A stretch of DNA of 42,090 nt from a virus, in the IMG/VR virus record IMGVR_UViG_3300018080_000056. One strand, given 5' to 3'. The notes beneath the pieces are model-generated. The model made no database searches, was not told the DNA's origin, and saw nothing but the letters and a program-made list of their open reading frames with translations. Shown piece by piece: positions 5,916 to 15,737 of this stretch (positions are counted from its first letter, which is position 1; each line of letters starts with the position of its first letter). A program made the position numbers and the translations under genes.

Positions 5916-7482
5916 GATTCACTCTGACGGCTCCGTGCCTAAGGAGTTTGAATCTTCGGAGAGCTTTATCGAAGCCTGCCTCAACGATTTATTTTTTTTA
6001 TGCACCATCGTTTTACGCCACGGGAAGAGGCTGGAGTACAAGGACTTCAACTGGATACACAGAGACCTCTGTGATTTTCTTGACATGGTGAAGAACCCCA
6101 TCCCGCAAAAATTGGTGCTCATGTCAAGAGACTCATTCAAGAGCACGGTTGCCAGAGCCCTGGTTATCCAATGGTTCCTGCGCAAAGCCTACAAGCGGGA
6201 GGACGGAAAGATATTTATCTATGGCGGGAAAATCGAATTGCCGACCGACCACCTCAGCAGGCTTATATGGGAAGTCTTGAACAACGACCTAATCCAGGCT
6301 TACTTCCACAGGTACATACCGAACAAGCGAAAAGGCTTTGACACCATCGCTCTTGACAAGGGGAGAATTCGATACAAGGGAATCGAGATTGATGTCGGAG
6401 CCCCAGACTCCCCACTCACGGGACACCACTATGAGGGCGGAATCAATGACAACCTGGTGAACGAAGTGAACGTAAGAACCCCAGAGATGAGGAAAAAGAT
6501 TGTTGACCTGTGGAAAGCCCAGGAGTCAATCCTGATTAAGGACGCCTGGGAGTTTGTCTTCGAGACCACCTGGGAGAAGGATGATGTGTCTGGTTATATC
6601 CTGGGAAATAAATTCAACTACAGGAAGCTCTACAGGAATCCAGCGTTTCAGTTTATCTCAAGGTCTGGGTATGCGGTGTTTAGCTGCCCTGCAAGAGACA
6701 AGCAAGGAGAGGTGGCTATTCCAGGCAAGATGGATGAGAAGTACCTCCAGAGGAAAAGAGTGAAGCAGGGGGCTGCCCTTTACAACAGGCTGTACGAGCT
6801 TCAGCCCGCATCGAGCGATGAGATTGTTTTTAAGCCTGAGTGGATAAAAACTTATGACCACCTTCCACGGGATTTCATACGGACTATGACCATTGACTGC
6901 GCTGGCACTAAGAGCAAGAGCAGCGCCCAGTCAGCAATAACCATGGCAGACACAGACCCCGATGGGGTTCAATACATACACTACGCAGAGAAGAGGAAGG
7001 TCTCAATCCTTGAGCTTCTTGAATGGGCGGCAGAGCTTGTCAGGGAATCTGAGAAAGAGGGCAGACCTGTTAGCCACGTAGGGATAGAGCGAGAGAAGTT
7101 TGGGATAGCCCTGGCTGAATTGATGGAAGAGCGGTTTCCGAACATGCTCATCTGGGAGGTTAAAATCCAGGGAAGACCAAGGCATTGGAGAATCGGAAAG
7201 CTAGCCCCTCTGGTCGAGGGCGGCAAGATGCTTTTTAAGCAGGGGCTTCACAGCCTCGAAGATGAATTCGGAGCCTACAAGATAAGTCCAGACGGGAAGG
7301 CTCCCGACAAGAATGTGGACTTACTAGACAGCCTTTTCTATCAGACCGAGGTGAGGATAATCCCAAGGGAGGCGCCAGAGGATGAGGAAGAAGAGAAGGA
7401 CGATGGCTTCGAGGAGCAGCTTGAAAGAGAGCGGAGCATACAGGGCAAGCCACTTAGAAGGCATGTCCAGGGTATGTTCTAG
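5908..7482 (+). CDS. terL: Terminase large subunit (524 aa).
   Basis: Size and position upstream of the portal gene. Walker-A-like SRDSFKST. The C-terminal part has acidic nuclease-like motifs (TIDCAG.., GIEREKFG). Confidence 0.75.
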   Translation: MIKIHSDGSVPKEFESSESFIEACLNDLFFLCTIVLRHGKRLEYKDFNWIHRDLCDFLDMVKNPIPQKLVLMSRDSFKSTVARALVIQWFLRKAYKREDGKIFIYGGKIELPTDHLSRLIWEVLNNDLIQAYFHRYIPNKRKGFDTIALDKGRIRYKGIEIDVGAPDSPLTGHHYEGGINDNLVNEVNVRTPEMRKKIVDLWKAQESILIKDAWEFVFETTWEKDDVSGYILGNKFNYRKLYRNPAFQFISRSGYAVFSCPARDKQGEVAIPGKMDEKYLQRKRVKQGAALYNRLYELQPASSDEIVFKPEWIKTYDHLPRDFIRTMTIDCAGTKSKSSAQSAITMADTDPDGVQYIHYAEKRKVSILELLEWAAELVRESEKEGRPVSHVGIEREKFGIALAELMEERFPNMLIWEVKIQGRPRHWRIGKLAPLVEGGKMLFKQGLHSLEDEFGAYKISPDGKAPDKNVDLLDSLFYQTEVRIIPREAPEDEEEEKDDGFEEQLERERSIQGKPLRRHVQGMF

Positions 7483-7490
7483 GAGGAATC

Positions 7491-7736
7491 ATGGATATTT
7501 TTTTAGGCATAGCGTTGACTGTTTCGGTTATTAGCAACGTAGTTATTGTCCGCCTTTTCCTGAAGGAGATGCAGGACTACAAGGATAGGTTCATGGCAAA
7601 AGACTACAGGGAGTTTCACGAGCTTCGAGTTGATGTGTCGAAAGCCCTGAGAGAGAGACTTGAGGAGCCTGCCGAGCAAACGGAAGAGGAAGAGGGCGGA
7701 AATCAAAGACTTCGAGAAATTGCAAGGGGAATGTAA
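7491..7736 (+). CDS. Small protein with an N-terminal TM helix and an acidic C-terminus (81 aa).
   Basis: ORF track. SD TAGGAGGAATCATG. MDIFLGIALTVSVISNVVIVRLFL. Confidence 0.55.
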   Translation: MDIFLGIALTVSVISNVVIVRLFLKEMQDYKDRFMAKDYREFHELRVDVSKALRERLEEPAEQTEEEEGGNQRLREIARGM

Positions 7737-9755
7737 ATGGGAAGAAAGAAAAAAGAAGACATCGAGAAAGAAGAAAACACAGGCAAGTTTAAGCCAGTCC
7801 AGCTCGTAGAGCAGGATGATGAGCAGAAGACGCTCACGAATTTTGCAAACGAGCAATGGAAGAGCCACGTTTTTGTGAAGAATTATCATCCAAGCTGGCG
7901 TGAGTGGATTGCCTGGTGGGAAGGAGACCAGTATAAGCTCAACAACCCAGATAACAACGTACTGACCGATGTGACCCCCATGGTGGAGCGGGAGACAAAA
8001 AATGTTTACAACAGAATTATGCCCCTGGTTCGCCAGGTATGGAGCGAGCTTCGGTACGAGCATGAATTCTTTATAATCCCGAACACGGCGGAGAAAGAAG
8101 ATGTGAGGGCTTCAAAGGCTGGCTCCCTGGTCATCGAGTTTACCAACGAGAAGGGCATGTTCAACACAAAGCTAAACAGAGCAAAGCTCTGGGCTGTCCT
8201 TACTGGGGCTGCCTACTGGAAAGAATGGTGGAACCCCAGTCTTGAGGGTGTTGTCGAAGGCGGCGGGAAAGAGAGCGGGGACGTTGACTACGATTATGTC
8301 AACCCCTTCAATGTGAGACCAGACCCCCTTGCCATGCCTGGCAAGTGGCGATGGTTTGTCGAGGCTAAGAGAGTCCCGCAGGCTGCCGTGGAAAAGGAAT
8401 TCGGTCTTGAGAAGGGAAGCCTTGAGTCTGTGTCATATCAGTCCGAGGAATCGAAACTCTTTGAGCGAACAGACCAGGAACACCCAGACGAGCCCACGGT
8501 CATCAGAATAGAATACTGGGAGAAGGCATCGAAGGAACGCCCGAAGGGAAGGTTCGCCGTCATCTGTGGCAACTGGCTGCTTTATGATGGAGAGAACCCA
8601 TCCCCAGGTCACAAGATTCCGTACTTCCAAATCCCAGGAATTGTACCCCGTATGGGTGAGCAGGTCTATGACAGCATCGTAAGAATCGCTCAGAAACCAC
8701 AGGCGCAATTCAATCGCCTGTGCTCCATGGTTGATGAGCATATCGAAAACTTCAAAATAAAGGGCATGATTCCGTGGGGCTCCCTGAAGAAGGGAGAGCT
8801 TCAGAAATTCACGAGCGGGAATGTTGACTACGTTATATACAACCCAAGACTAGGCGGGACTCCCCACTACCAGTCACCACCTTCGATACCAGAGACCATC
8901 ATAAGCTGGCTGAATTTTCAGGAGAATGAATTACAGATGCAGCCCTCTGTCAGAGAGGTGAGCTATGCAAGGCTGCCGCAGTATTCCACACGGGCGTCTG
9001 GGGTTCTTTTCGAGGGACTCAAGAGGCAGGACGAGGCTGTAATACTGCCCATGGTGGAAGACATTGACAGGGCTTGCCAGGAGATAATGAAATTCAGGCT
9101 TGAGCTTATACAGAAACACTACACCCAGAAGCGGCTAATCAAGACCGTTGGCAAGAACAAAGAGGTCACAATCAGTTATTTCTCAGAGGCAGACATACGT
9201 GATAACACAGATGTCAGGGTCAAGAGCGGCGTTGACATCTTTACCACGAAAAGGAAAAAGCACGAGGTTGTAATGGCGATGATTGACAAGGGAATGATTG
9301 AAGACCCGAAGAAAGCCCTAGAGCTTCTGGACGTGAAAAACATGGACGACTTCATGGAAGACGAATTCATTGACCAGAGACAGGCAGAGAGACACCTGGA
9401 GATTATGAAGAAGGGAAGCACTTATATCGCACCCGACCCAAGAGATGCGCACGACATTCATCACACGGTATTCAACAACTTCAGAAAGACCGAGGAGTTT
9501 GAGACCCTGAGCGAGAAGGCGCAGAAGAACATCATCAAGAGGATTGACGAACATGAAATGCTGATGCAGCAAGGAGCGGCAGAGGAGGGAGTAGAGGGTG
9601 AGGGCGTTGCGCATCCAGGCGAGGCTACACCTGAGGCTGCACCCGAAGCCCCGATTCCCCCTGAGGCTGCAATGGGCATGCCGCCTGAGCTTCCCGCTGG
9701 AATGACCCCAGAAATGATGCTTGAAATTCTCAGGTCTCTGGGGTACGGAGGATAA
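7737..9755 (+). CDS. Portal protein (672 aa).
   Basis: Size. Position between terL and the scaffold/capsid genes. Pro/Glu/Ala-rich acidic C-terminal tail. Confidence 0.75.
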   Translation: MGRKKKEDIEKEENTGKFKPVQLVEQDDEQKTLTNFANEQWKSHVFVKNYHPSWREWIAWWEGDQYKLNNPDNNVLTDVTPMVERETKNVYNRIMPLVRQVWSELRYEHEFFIIPNTAEKEDVRASKAGSLVIEFTNEKGMFNTKLNRAKLWAVLTGAAYWKEWWNPSLEGVVEGGGKESGDVDYDYVNPFNVRPDPLAMPGKWRWFVEAKRVPQAAVEKEFGLEKGSLESVSYQSEESKLFERTDQEHPDEPTVIRIEYWEKASKERPKGRFAVICGNWLLYDGENPSPGHKIPYFQIPGIVPRMGEQVYDSIVRIAQKPQAQFNRLCSMVDEHIENFKIKGMIPWGSLKKGELQKFTSGNVDYVIYNPRLGGTPHYQSPPSIPETIISWLNFQENELQMQPSVREVSYARLPQYSTRASGVLFEGLKRQDEAVILPMVEDIDRACQEIMKFRLELIQKHYTQKRLIKTVGKNKEVTISYFSEADIRDNTDVRVKSGVDIFTTKRKKHEVVMAMIDKGMIEDPKKALELLDVKNMDDFMEDEFIDQRQAERHLEIMKKGSTYIAPDPRDAHDIHHTVFNNFRKTEEFETLSEKAQKNIIKRIDEHEMLMQQGAAEEGVEGEGVAHPGEATPEAAPEAPIPPEAAMGMPPELPAGMTPEMMLEILRSLGYGG

Positions 9756-9773
9756 ATTTTTTTAAATTCGCTA

Positions 9774-9803
9774 TTGACAACTGTAGTTAATACAGTATAT
9801 AGT
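9774..9803 (+). promoter_or_regulatory. Sigma70-like promoter in front of the scaffold and capsid genes (-35 TTGACA, -10 TATATAGT). A 15-bp palindrome CTGTAGTTAATACAG lies in the spacer.
   Basis: ctaTTGACAactgtagttaatacagTATATAGTtaataacg read directly. It shares CTATTGACAACTG and TATAGTTAWTAACG with the Cro-side promoter at 39508-39547. Confidence 0.6.
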
Positions 9804-9849
9804 TAATAACGATGGGAACCGCACGAGATGTGGTGCCCACAAATGGAGG

Positions 9850-10977
9850 TTGATGATGGGAACAGAATCTTCCCAGACAGAACAGGCTACGAATGGGCAA
9901 GAAGCCCAGGCTAATGAGCCCTCTGGTGTTGCGGAAGCTCTAGCGATGTTTCGTCAGGAACAGGCTAAGAATGAGCCCTCCGAAGGAAACGAGGAAACTC
10001 ATCAGTCTCAGGACAACAAGGGTGAGTCTCAGGAAACCGAGACTCAAGGCGAGGAAAACGAAGCTAGTAAATCCGAAGCGCAGAAAGGCGAAGAGAGCGA
10101 ATCTCAAGAGTCACCTTTCCGCTTAGTGGACGCCGAGGGAAAGCCAGTCCCACTTTCGCTGAAGGTTGATGACGAGGAAATTGCCCTAGATATTTCCAAC
10201 CCCAAAGACCTTAACAAGCTGAAAACATGGGCGCAGCTCGGCAGGTATGGCACCAGGCGGAACGAGGAGCTTAATCAAAGAGAGGAAAGTCTCAAACAAG
10301 CCGAGGAAATGCTCAATCAAATCACAGGCGCTATCAAGGATGGAAGACTCGTTGTTAATCCTTCTTCCTCTGACAAGAAGGTAGAGCCCTCCGAAGCGGA
10401 AAAGGCTCTCAAGACTGAATTAGCCGAGTTAGAGGAAATTGACGACCCTGAGCTTCGCAAGGAGCGAGAGGGTAGGCTGAAGCTCCAGCAAGAACACGAG
10501 CTTCTCAAGAAGGAATTTTCAGGGCTTAAGGAGCTGGTTACTGGAAAGTTTGTCGAAGAGATGAAGACCACCATGGATAAAGAAATCCAGGGTCTCATCA
10601 GCGATAAGTACCCATACGCCAAAGAAAAGGACGTCTGGGATTTACTTTCCGTGAAAGAAAACGGCAAACCCAAGTACGCCACGATTGAAGATGCCGTGAA
10701 AATTTCTCACGAAGAGGAGCGGAGCAGGGTCAGGTCTTTGATTGATAAAGACCCCGACCTTAAGCAGAAGTCAGAGGAGGACAAACAAACGATTATCTCC
10801 CAATACCTGAAAGAGAAAGCCGAGAAAGAGAAAGCCCCAGTTTCGGCGCCGTCAGACACCACGGCAGATGCCAAGTCTGGCGAAATCGAGGTGGGGGAAA
10901 TTACGGGTGTTTCCGATGCCATCGCTAAATGGAAGCAATGGCACAAAGGGCGTAAGGAGGCTAGCGCTAATATCTAA
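9850..10977 (+). CDS. Scaffolding protein (375 aa, highly acidic, coiled-coil-like).
   Basis: Position between portal and capsid. Glu/Lys/Gln-rich low-complexity N-terminus. SD GGAGG at 9845-9849. The true start may be the ATG at 9853 or 9856. Confidence 0.7.
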   Translation: MMMGTESSQTEQATNGQEAQANEPSGVAEALAMFRQEQAKNEPSEGNEETHQSQDNKGESQETETQGEENEASKSEAQKGEESESQESPFRLVDAEGKPVPLSLKVDDEEIALDISNPKDLNKLKTWAQLGRYGTRRNEELNQREESLKQAEEMLNQITGAIKDGRLVVNPSSSDKKVEPSEAEKALKTELAELEEIDDPELRKEREGRLKLQQEHELLKKEFSGLKELVTGKFVEEMKTTMDKEIQGLISDKYPYAKEKDVWDLLSVKENGKPKYATIEDAVKISHEEERSRVRSLIDKDPDLKQKSEEDKQTIISQYLKEKAEKEKAPVSAPSDTTADAKSGEIEVGEITGVSDAIAKWKQWHKGRKEASANI

Positions 10978-10991
10978 CACGGAGGAAAGAA

Positions 10992-12224
10992 TTGTTTGAT
11001 TTAACGACTGAAGATAAACTCTTCAACGAATTCGTGCCTAAAGGCGTTACCGCCGAGATAAAAGCTCGTTCAAAAATGTTTGACCGAGTTAAGAAAGACT
11101 ACTCCAAGGTAGAGCTTGGTGGAAAATACGCCAAAATCAGACTCCTGATGGCTGGCTCTCAGGCAACAGGAGCCTCTTCGACAAGCTCCTATCCGACTCC
11201 CCAGGAAAGCACCCCTGGCGAAGCCTTCATCTACATCAAGAGAGCCCAGATGTTCTCGATGAAATTTGATGGTCTTGCCTTAGAAAGTGCCAAGAAGGGC
11301 GGAGCGGCTATGGACGCTTTCGATTTCGAGCAGGAAAGTCTTTTCATTCAGGCTGCAGAAGACCTCAGCCGACAGTTCTTGCTGGATGGCTCTGGTCATA
11401 TCTGCCAAATCAATGATGCCGACCCTGACGATGGTGACAAGACTGTTACCGTTGATAGCCCGTTTTACGCCAAAGCCACAATTTTCGTTAAGGCTGGTAG
11501 GGTTCTGGTTCTGGATGCGGCTGGCGCCGCTGACGAGCTGACCGTTGACGAAGTTACTGACACCACAATCAAATTTCTAACGGAACCCGATGCTGGTGTC
11601 GCCAACGATGAGTGGATTCACGGGTGGAACACCTATACCGCTGCGGAAGCCGCTGGTAAAGGTGAGATGATGGGCTTGGAAGGCATTATCAGCTACGCAG
11701 ACCCTCCAGTCCCCAACGATGGTGGACTTCAGGGATTGCCCGTGGCTACCTATCCTGAGTGGAAGGCTGGTTACGTCAATAACGTGGCTGGCGACTTGAC
11801 CGAGACCGAGATGACCAAGGTTTTGGATGAGCTGTCGCTCTATGCAATGCCGACCGTCATTCTTACCAACCATGGTGTACGGCGTTTTTACGCTGACCTC
11901 CTGACTTCCTACAAGGGAATCTACAATCAGAAGGTACTGTGGGGTGGATGGGCTGGACTTCCTTTCGTCTATGACGGCAAGGAGCTGCCCGTGGTCGCCG
12001 ATAGGTTCGTGCCTGACGGAACCATGTACTTCCTTTCAGAAAAACACCTGACCCTGTATCACACGACTCCCAACATCATCAAATTCGAGCAGGGCGATTC
12101 TGGAAAGTATTTGCAGAAAGTCGCCCAGAAGAATGAGTATGTTGCCGAGGGTCACTTCTTCGGAAACCTTGGTACAGACCTCAGGAAAGCCTTTGGCAAG
12201 CTGTATGGTTTGAACGAAAAGTAG
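10992..12224 (+). CDS. Major capsid protein (410 aa), TTG start.
   Basis: Position after the scaffold gene and size. SD GGAGG at 10981-10985, 6 nt before TTG. Followed by a strong hairpin. Confidence 0.75.
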   Translation: MFDLTTEDKLFNEFVPKGVTAEIKARSKMFDRVKKDYSKVELGGKYAKIRLLMAGSQATGASSTSSYPTPQESTPGEAFIYIKRAQMFSMKFDGLALESAKKGGAAMDAFDFEQESLFIQAAEDLSRQFLLDGSGHICQINDADPDDGDKTVTVDSPFYAKATIFVKAGRVLVLDAAGAADELTVDEVTDTTIKFLTEPDAGVANDEWIHGWNTYTAAEAAGKGEMMGLEGIISYADPPVPNDGGLQGLPVATYPEWKAGYVNNVAGDLTETEMTKVLDELSLYAMPTVILTNHGVRRFYADLLTSYKGIYNQKVLWGGWAGLPFVYDGKELPVVADRFVPDGTMYFLSEKHLTLYHTTPNIIKFEQGDSGKYLQKVAQKNEYVAEGHFFGNLGTDLRKAFGKLYGLNEK

Positions 12225-12247
12225 AACGAGAGCCAATCTGAATAGAT

Positions 12248-12281
12248 GGGGGCGGTGAGGAGAGTTAACTCTCCCCGCCCC
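12248..12281 (+). terminator. GC-rich stem-loop after the capsid gene, a possible partial terminator or attenuator.
   Basis: GGGGCGG(tga)GGAGAG-TTAA-CTCTCCCCGCCCC gives 13 bp with a 3-nt bulge. No strong T-run follows. Confidence 0.5.
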
Positions 12282-12306
12282 AATTCTCGCTTCTAAGGAA
12301 AAGGCA

Positions 12307-12714
12307 ATGGACATTACAGTTAAAGGACGCATCGAGCCTAAGCCTTACTCATGGCTTGAGAGAGAGCTTAAGTGTATTGACCCTGACCTCCGATTCTTCT
12401 GGCACAACAAGTGGCAGAGGTGGGCGGTCATAAGGAGAGTACCCGCCAATGTATTCAGGCGAGGCTATATCATCGAAGCCCTGGTGCATGACGGCAGGAA
12501 TGGATACGCCCCGCTTGATAGGCGTGTCATTGGCAGGCTCAAGCAAGCCATCTGGGAAAGAGAGCATCTGTTTGATACTCCAGATAAATTTTTCAGAGCA
12601 GAGAAACAAGAAGAGCAGAAGAAAGCAGAGGACGGAGCGAAACAAAGACGTGACGCCATGAGGGAGTTTCAAAGACAAGTTTACCGCCATAGAAAAACGA
12701 TGACCTTTGTGTAA
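12307..12714 (+). CDS. Hypothetical structural-module protein (135 aa, basic C-terminus).
   Basis: ORF track. Position in the late operon. Confidence 0.6.
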   Translation: MDITVKGRIEPKPYSWLERELKCIDPDLRFFWHNKWQRWAVIRRVPANVFRRGYIIEALVHDGRNGYAPLDRRVIGRLKQAIWEREHLFDTPDKFFRAEKQEEQKKAEDGAKQRRDAMREFQRQVYRHRKTMTFV

Positions 12715-12738
12715 TGCCTATTACATTAGGAGGTTGTT

Positions 12739-13410
12739 TTGGACAGAGAAGACATAAGAACCCACGTCAGAACCCTGGCAGATGAATTGACTGAGGCGCC
12801 GCTAGGTCTATTCACAAACACAGAGTTAAACAGCTTTATCAATATCGCAATGAGAGCTGTCTATGTGGACTTGATTGAGCATATCCCGTGGTACTTCAGA
12901 AAGACCAAGGAGTTTAGCGTAGCGGCAAATACAAAAACCTACAGCATCGCATCAGACATTGGGGTTTCAGACCTATTCCTTATCGAGACCCTCCTAAACA
13001 ACACTTCTGGTGAAAAGCCCACCCCCCTGATTTACTTGGAAGACCCTGAGGATTTATGGCAATACGGGAATGTCGGGGAGACAGGCAAGCCAAAGGTTTA
13101 CTACTACGAATCGAACACACACCTTGGGTTCCACAAAACCCCAGATTCAGCCTATGGGTACAAGATGTATTACTTCAAAAGAATCCCAGAGCTGAGTACA
13201 GAAGATGCTGTTCCTGAGCTTCCAGATGAGACCCACGAGCTAATCGCTTTCCAGGTTCTTATGAGGTGGTACATCAGGGACGAGAGCAGCATGGGCTACT
13301 CGAAACTCTTGGCTAGGTATGAGACCAGGATAATGGATGCAGCCTACCAGCTCTCCACGAGCCAGGGGCAAACCTACAGGGTGAGACCCTCAATAAAGGA
13401 AAGCAGATAA
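12739..13410 (+). CDS. Putative head-tail adaptor or connector protein (223 aa), TTG start.
   Basis: SD GGAGG 5 nt before TTG. Its position between the capsid and the large nozzle-like protein follows P22/T7-type order. Confidence 0.5.
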   Translation: MDREDIRTHVRTLADELTEAPLGLFTNTELNSFINIAMRAVYVDLIEHIPWYFRKTKEFSVAANTKTYSIASDIGVSDLFLIETLLNNTSGEKPTPLIYLEDPEDLWQYGNVGETGKPKVYYYESNTHLGFHKTPDSAYGYKMYYFKRIPELSTEDAVPELPDETHELIAFQVLMRWYIRDESSMGYSKLLARYETRIMDAAYQLSTSQGQTYRVRPSIKESR

Positions 13411-15728
13411 TGAAGCAGTTTTATAAGAGGCGGTTCCCTAGCTTTGCTGGAACGCTGAACGAGCTAGACCCCTCGACAGAGATGCCTGACCACCATGTTG
13501 TACTGGCAGAAAACTTCCCCGTGTCCGAGGATGGCAAGTCCAGAGAGAAGCGAAGGGGATATTCACAAACGGGTGGAGACTATAACTTTGCCTTAGCCAT
13601 AAAGGGAATCTCACACCTCGAAGACCCCAACGGGGTGCTTAGGCGGGTTGTTATTACCAATAAAAAAATCTTTCTTGAGAAGGCTGTGGGAAATGATTTC
13701 GAGCAGCTTTATTACCAGGCTACCGATAGCCTCAGGGTCAAGAAGCCAGTCACCTACGAGAGCGGGAGACCTATTATTGTTGGGTTCGATAAGAATTACT
13801 ACATTGACGTTGATACCCCTGCATCACCCGTTGCCCATCAGGTTGGCATAGATGCCCCGACCAGCGGGATTAGCGCAGGAAACGGCTCCGCTGGCAACCT
13901 TACTGGGGACTATAAGTACCTGGTCACCTTTTATAAATCAGGAAACTTTCCAGCGGAAAGCAACCCATCCCTAGAATCAGAGCAGCTCCCTGGAGGTGTT
14001 CTCACGGATGGCGGATTTGAAAACTGGACTACCCCGACCGACCTGACAGACTGGGCAGAGGCGATTGGGGGCACGTCAACGGTCAACAGGGAATCGGTCA
14101 CAAAACTCTATGGTTCTTATGCCGTGCGCCTTGACGTTGATGGCGGCGGTAACTGGGCTCGGGTTTACCAGGACGTAACCCTTAGCATTTCAAAGACATA
14201 CAGATTTAGGTTTTGTTGGAAGAATTCGGCTGCCGATAAAAAAATTATAGTAATGATTCGGGATACGGGGGGCAATATTTATTTGGACGGAAATCAGGAG
14301 TGGCAAACATCTTCACAAAATGCAGTCGAGGAGGGCTCGACAGACTGGAAGGAAAAATTCATAGATTTTGAACCACACCCAGACTATACCAGCTATAGGG
14401 TTCAATTTATTGGAGGTGGGCTCGCCGCCTCAACCTCTATTTACATTGACGGCGCAAGCCTTCGACCCATAGAGGCTATTAGCGTTTCTGCAAAAAAAAT
14501 TAATCTTTATAATATCCCAACATCAAGCGACCCCCAGGTAACCGCAAGGCGAATTTACAGGACAAAGGCGGGTGGAGAAATATATTACTGGCTTGATGAC
14601 ATAAATAACAATACGGCAAACACATACACAGACAATATCCCAGATGCCTCGCTTGGGCACCACAGTCAAATCAGTTATGACAGGGGCGTACCGCCCGTGG
14701 CGGATGATGTCGAGGTGTGGGATGATAGGGTGTGGTTCATGGTCAGCTCAGAGAATAAGGTTTATTTTACGAATACTGGAGAAGAGTATGAGATGGCTGA
14801 CGAAAACTTTATCCCATTCGAGTCGAGAGAGCCAGAGAACCTGACGGCGATAAAAGCCTTTGGTGGTTCCCTCTATGTGTTTAAGCCCAACTCTGTGTTT
14901 AGGCTCAATAAGGTTGGGGACTCTTATTACGAGCTTGAGAAGATGCCCTTTAAAGCTGGGTGCGATTCACACGGCTCTGTCGTGGCTACGGAAAATATGA
15001 TGATATGGAAATCCAAAACTGGTGTCGAGCTTTTCAATGGGTACAACATTCTAAAGCCAGCGTTATCGAGGTACATTAAAAATACATTTAGCGAAATAGA
15101 TGTCAGCAAGCTGATAGAGGTTTTCGGAGAGTTGAATGTAAAGAAAAACCAATACTGGCTTACCCTTCCCGCACCAGCAACGGGGGGAAAGTCCATGGTC
15201 TTAAACCTCACCACTAACACCTGGGACGTATATACTTTTGCTGATGACCTCACGGCGTTTTACAACTTTATTGATTCCAACGGGGCTATTCAATGGCTGT
15301 CTGGCACCTTTACTGGAGAGCTTATGCTCCATAGCGATACAGACTACACAGATGACGGAACGGCAATTACGGCAAGGTTTAAGACAAAGTGGTTTCCAGT
15401 TGACGATGACGAGGGGGCTTGGAATGTACTAAGGGAAATGCGGGTTAAATATATTTTAACCCAAGCGGGTGGCGAGTCAAGATACCTAACATTGAAGGTG
15501 TATTCAAATTTTAGCAGCTCGGCTGATATAACTACGAATCTGGCAGGGATAGTTATGGGCGACAAAACAAGGCGGGATATTTTAAGGGTTATTCACGCTG
15601 GCGTTAAGGGGGCACACATCTGTTTTGAGTTTTATAACAGCGATTTAAATACTGGAGACCTTAAGGTAATTGGGCTCGATGGTTATTTTCTAAGGAAGTA
15701 TAGAAAAACCAGCGTTTACGCTGCATAA
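13410..15728 (+). CDS. Large tail protein (772 aa), nozzle or tail-tubular-B-like, with an inserted CBM4_9-like or galactose-binding-like jelly-roll (about aa 196-352).
   Basis: ATGA start overlap. GGFENW..TDW...YGSYAVRL...WARVYQDV..YRFRFCWK...IYIDGASL is the classic CBM4_9-type pattern. The C-terminal half has repeated beta-propeller-like blades (VYFTNTG, LYVFKPNSVFRL). Confidence 0.6.
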   Translation: MKQFYKRRFPSFAGTLNELDPSTEMPDHHVVLAENFPVSEDGKSREKRRGYSQTGGDYNFALAIKGISHLEDPNGVLRRVVITNKKIFLEKAVGNDFEQLYYQATDSLRVKKPVTYESGRPIIVGFDKNYYIDVDTPASPVAHQVGIDAPTSGISAGNGSAGNLTGDYKYLVTFYKSGNFPAESNPSLESEQLPGGVLTDGGFENWTTPTDLTDWAEAIGGTSTVNRESVTKLYGSYAVRLDVDGGGNWARVYQDVTLSISKTYRFRFCWKNSAADKKIIVMIRDTGGNIYLDGNQEWQTSSQNAVEEGSTDWKEKFIDFEPHPDYTSYRVQFIGGGLAASTSIYIDGASLRPIEAISVSAKKINLYNIPTSSDPQVTARRIYRTKAGGEIYYWLDDINNNTANTYTDNIPDASLGHHSQISYDRGVPPVADDVEVWDDRVWFMVSSENKVYFTNTGEEYEMADENFIPFESREPENLTAIKAFGGSLYVFKPNSVFRLNKVGDSYYELEKMPFKAGCDSHGSVVATENMMIWKSKTGVELFNGYNILKPALSRYIKNTFSEIDVSKLIEVFGELNVKKNQYWLTLPAPATGGKSMVLNLTTNTWDVYTFADDLTAFYNFIDSNGAIQWLSGTFTGELMLHSDTDYTDDGTAITARFKTKWFPVDDDEGAWNVLREMRVKYILTQAGGESRYLTLKVYSNFSSSADITTNLAGIVMGDKTRRDILRVIHAGVKGAHICFEFYNSDLNTGDLKVIGLDGYFLRKYRKTSVYAA

Positions 15729-15737
15729 CAGAGGGTA

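Noticed and set aside
7503-8063. A 186-aa minus-strand ORF.
   Set aside because: It is antisense to the 81-aa gene and the portal gene inside a uniformly plus-strand late operon. It has no SD and a hydrophobic junk-like translation.
12036-12332. A 98-aa minus-strand ORF across the capsid 3' end and the hairpin.
   Set aside because: It is antisense to the capsid gene and spans the terminator-like stem-loop. It has no SD.
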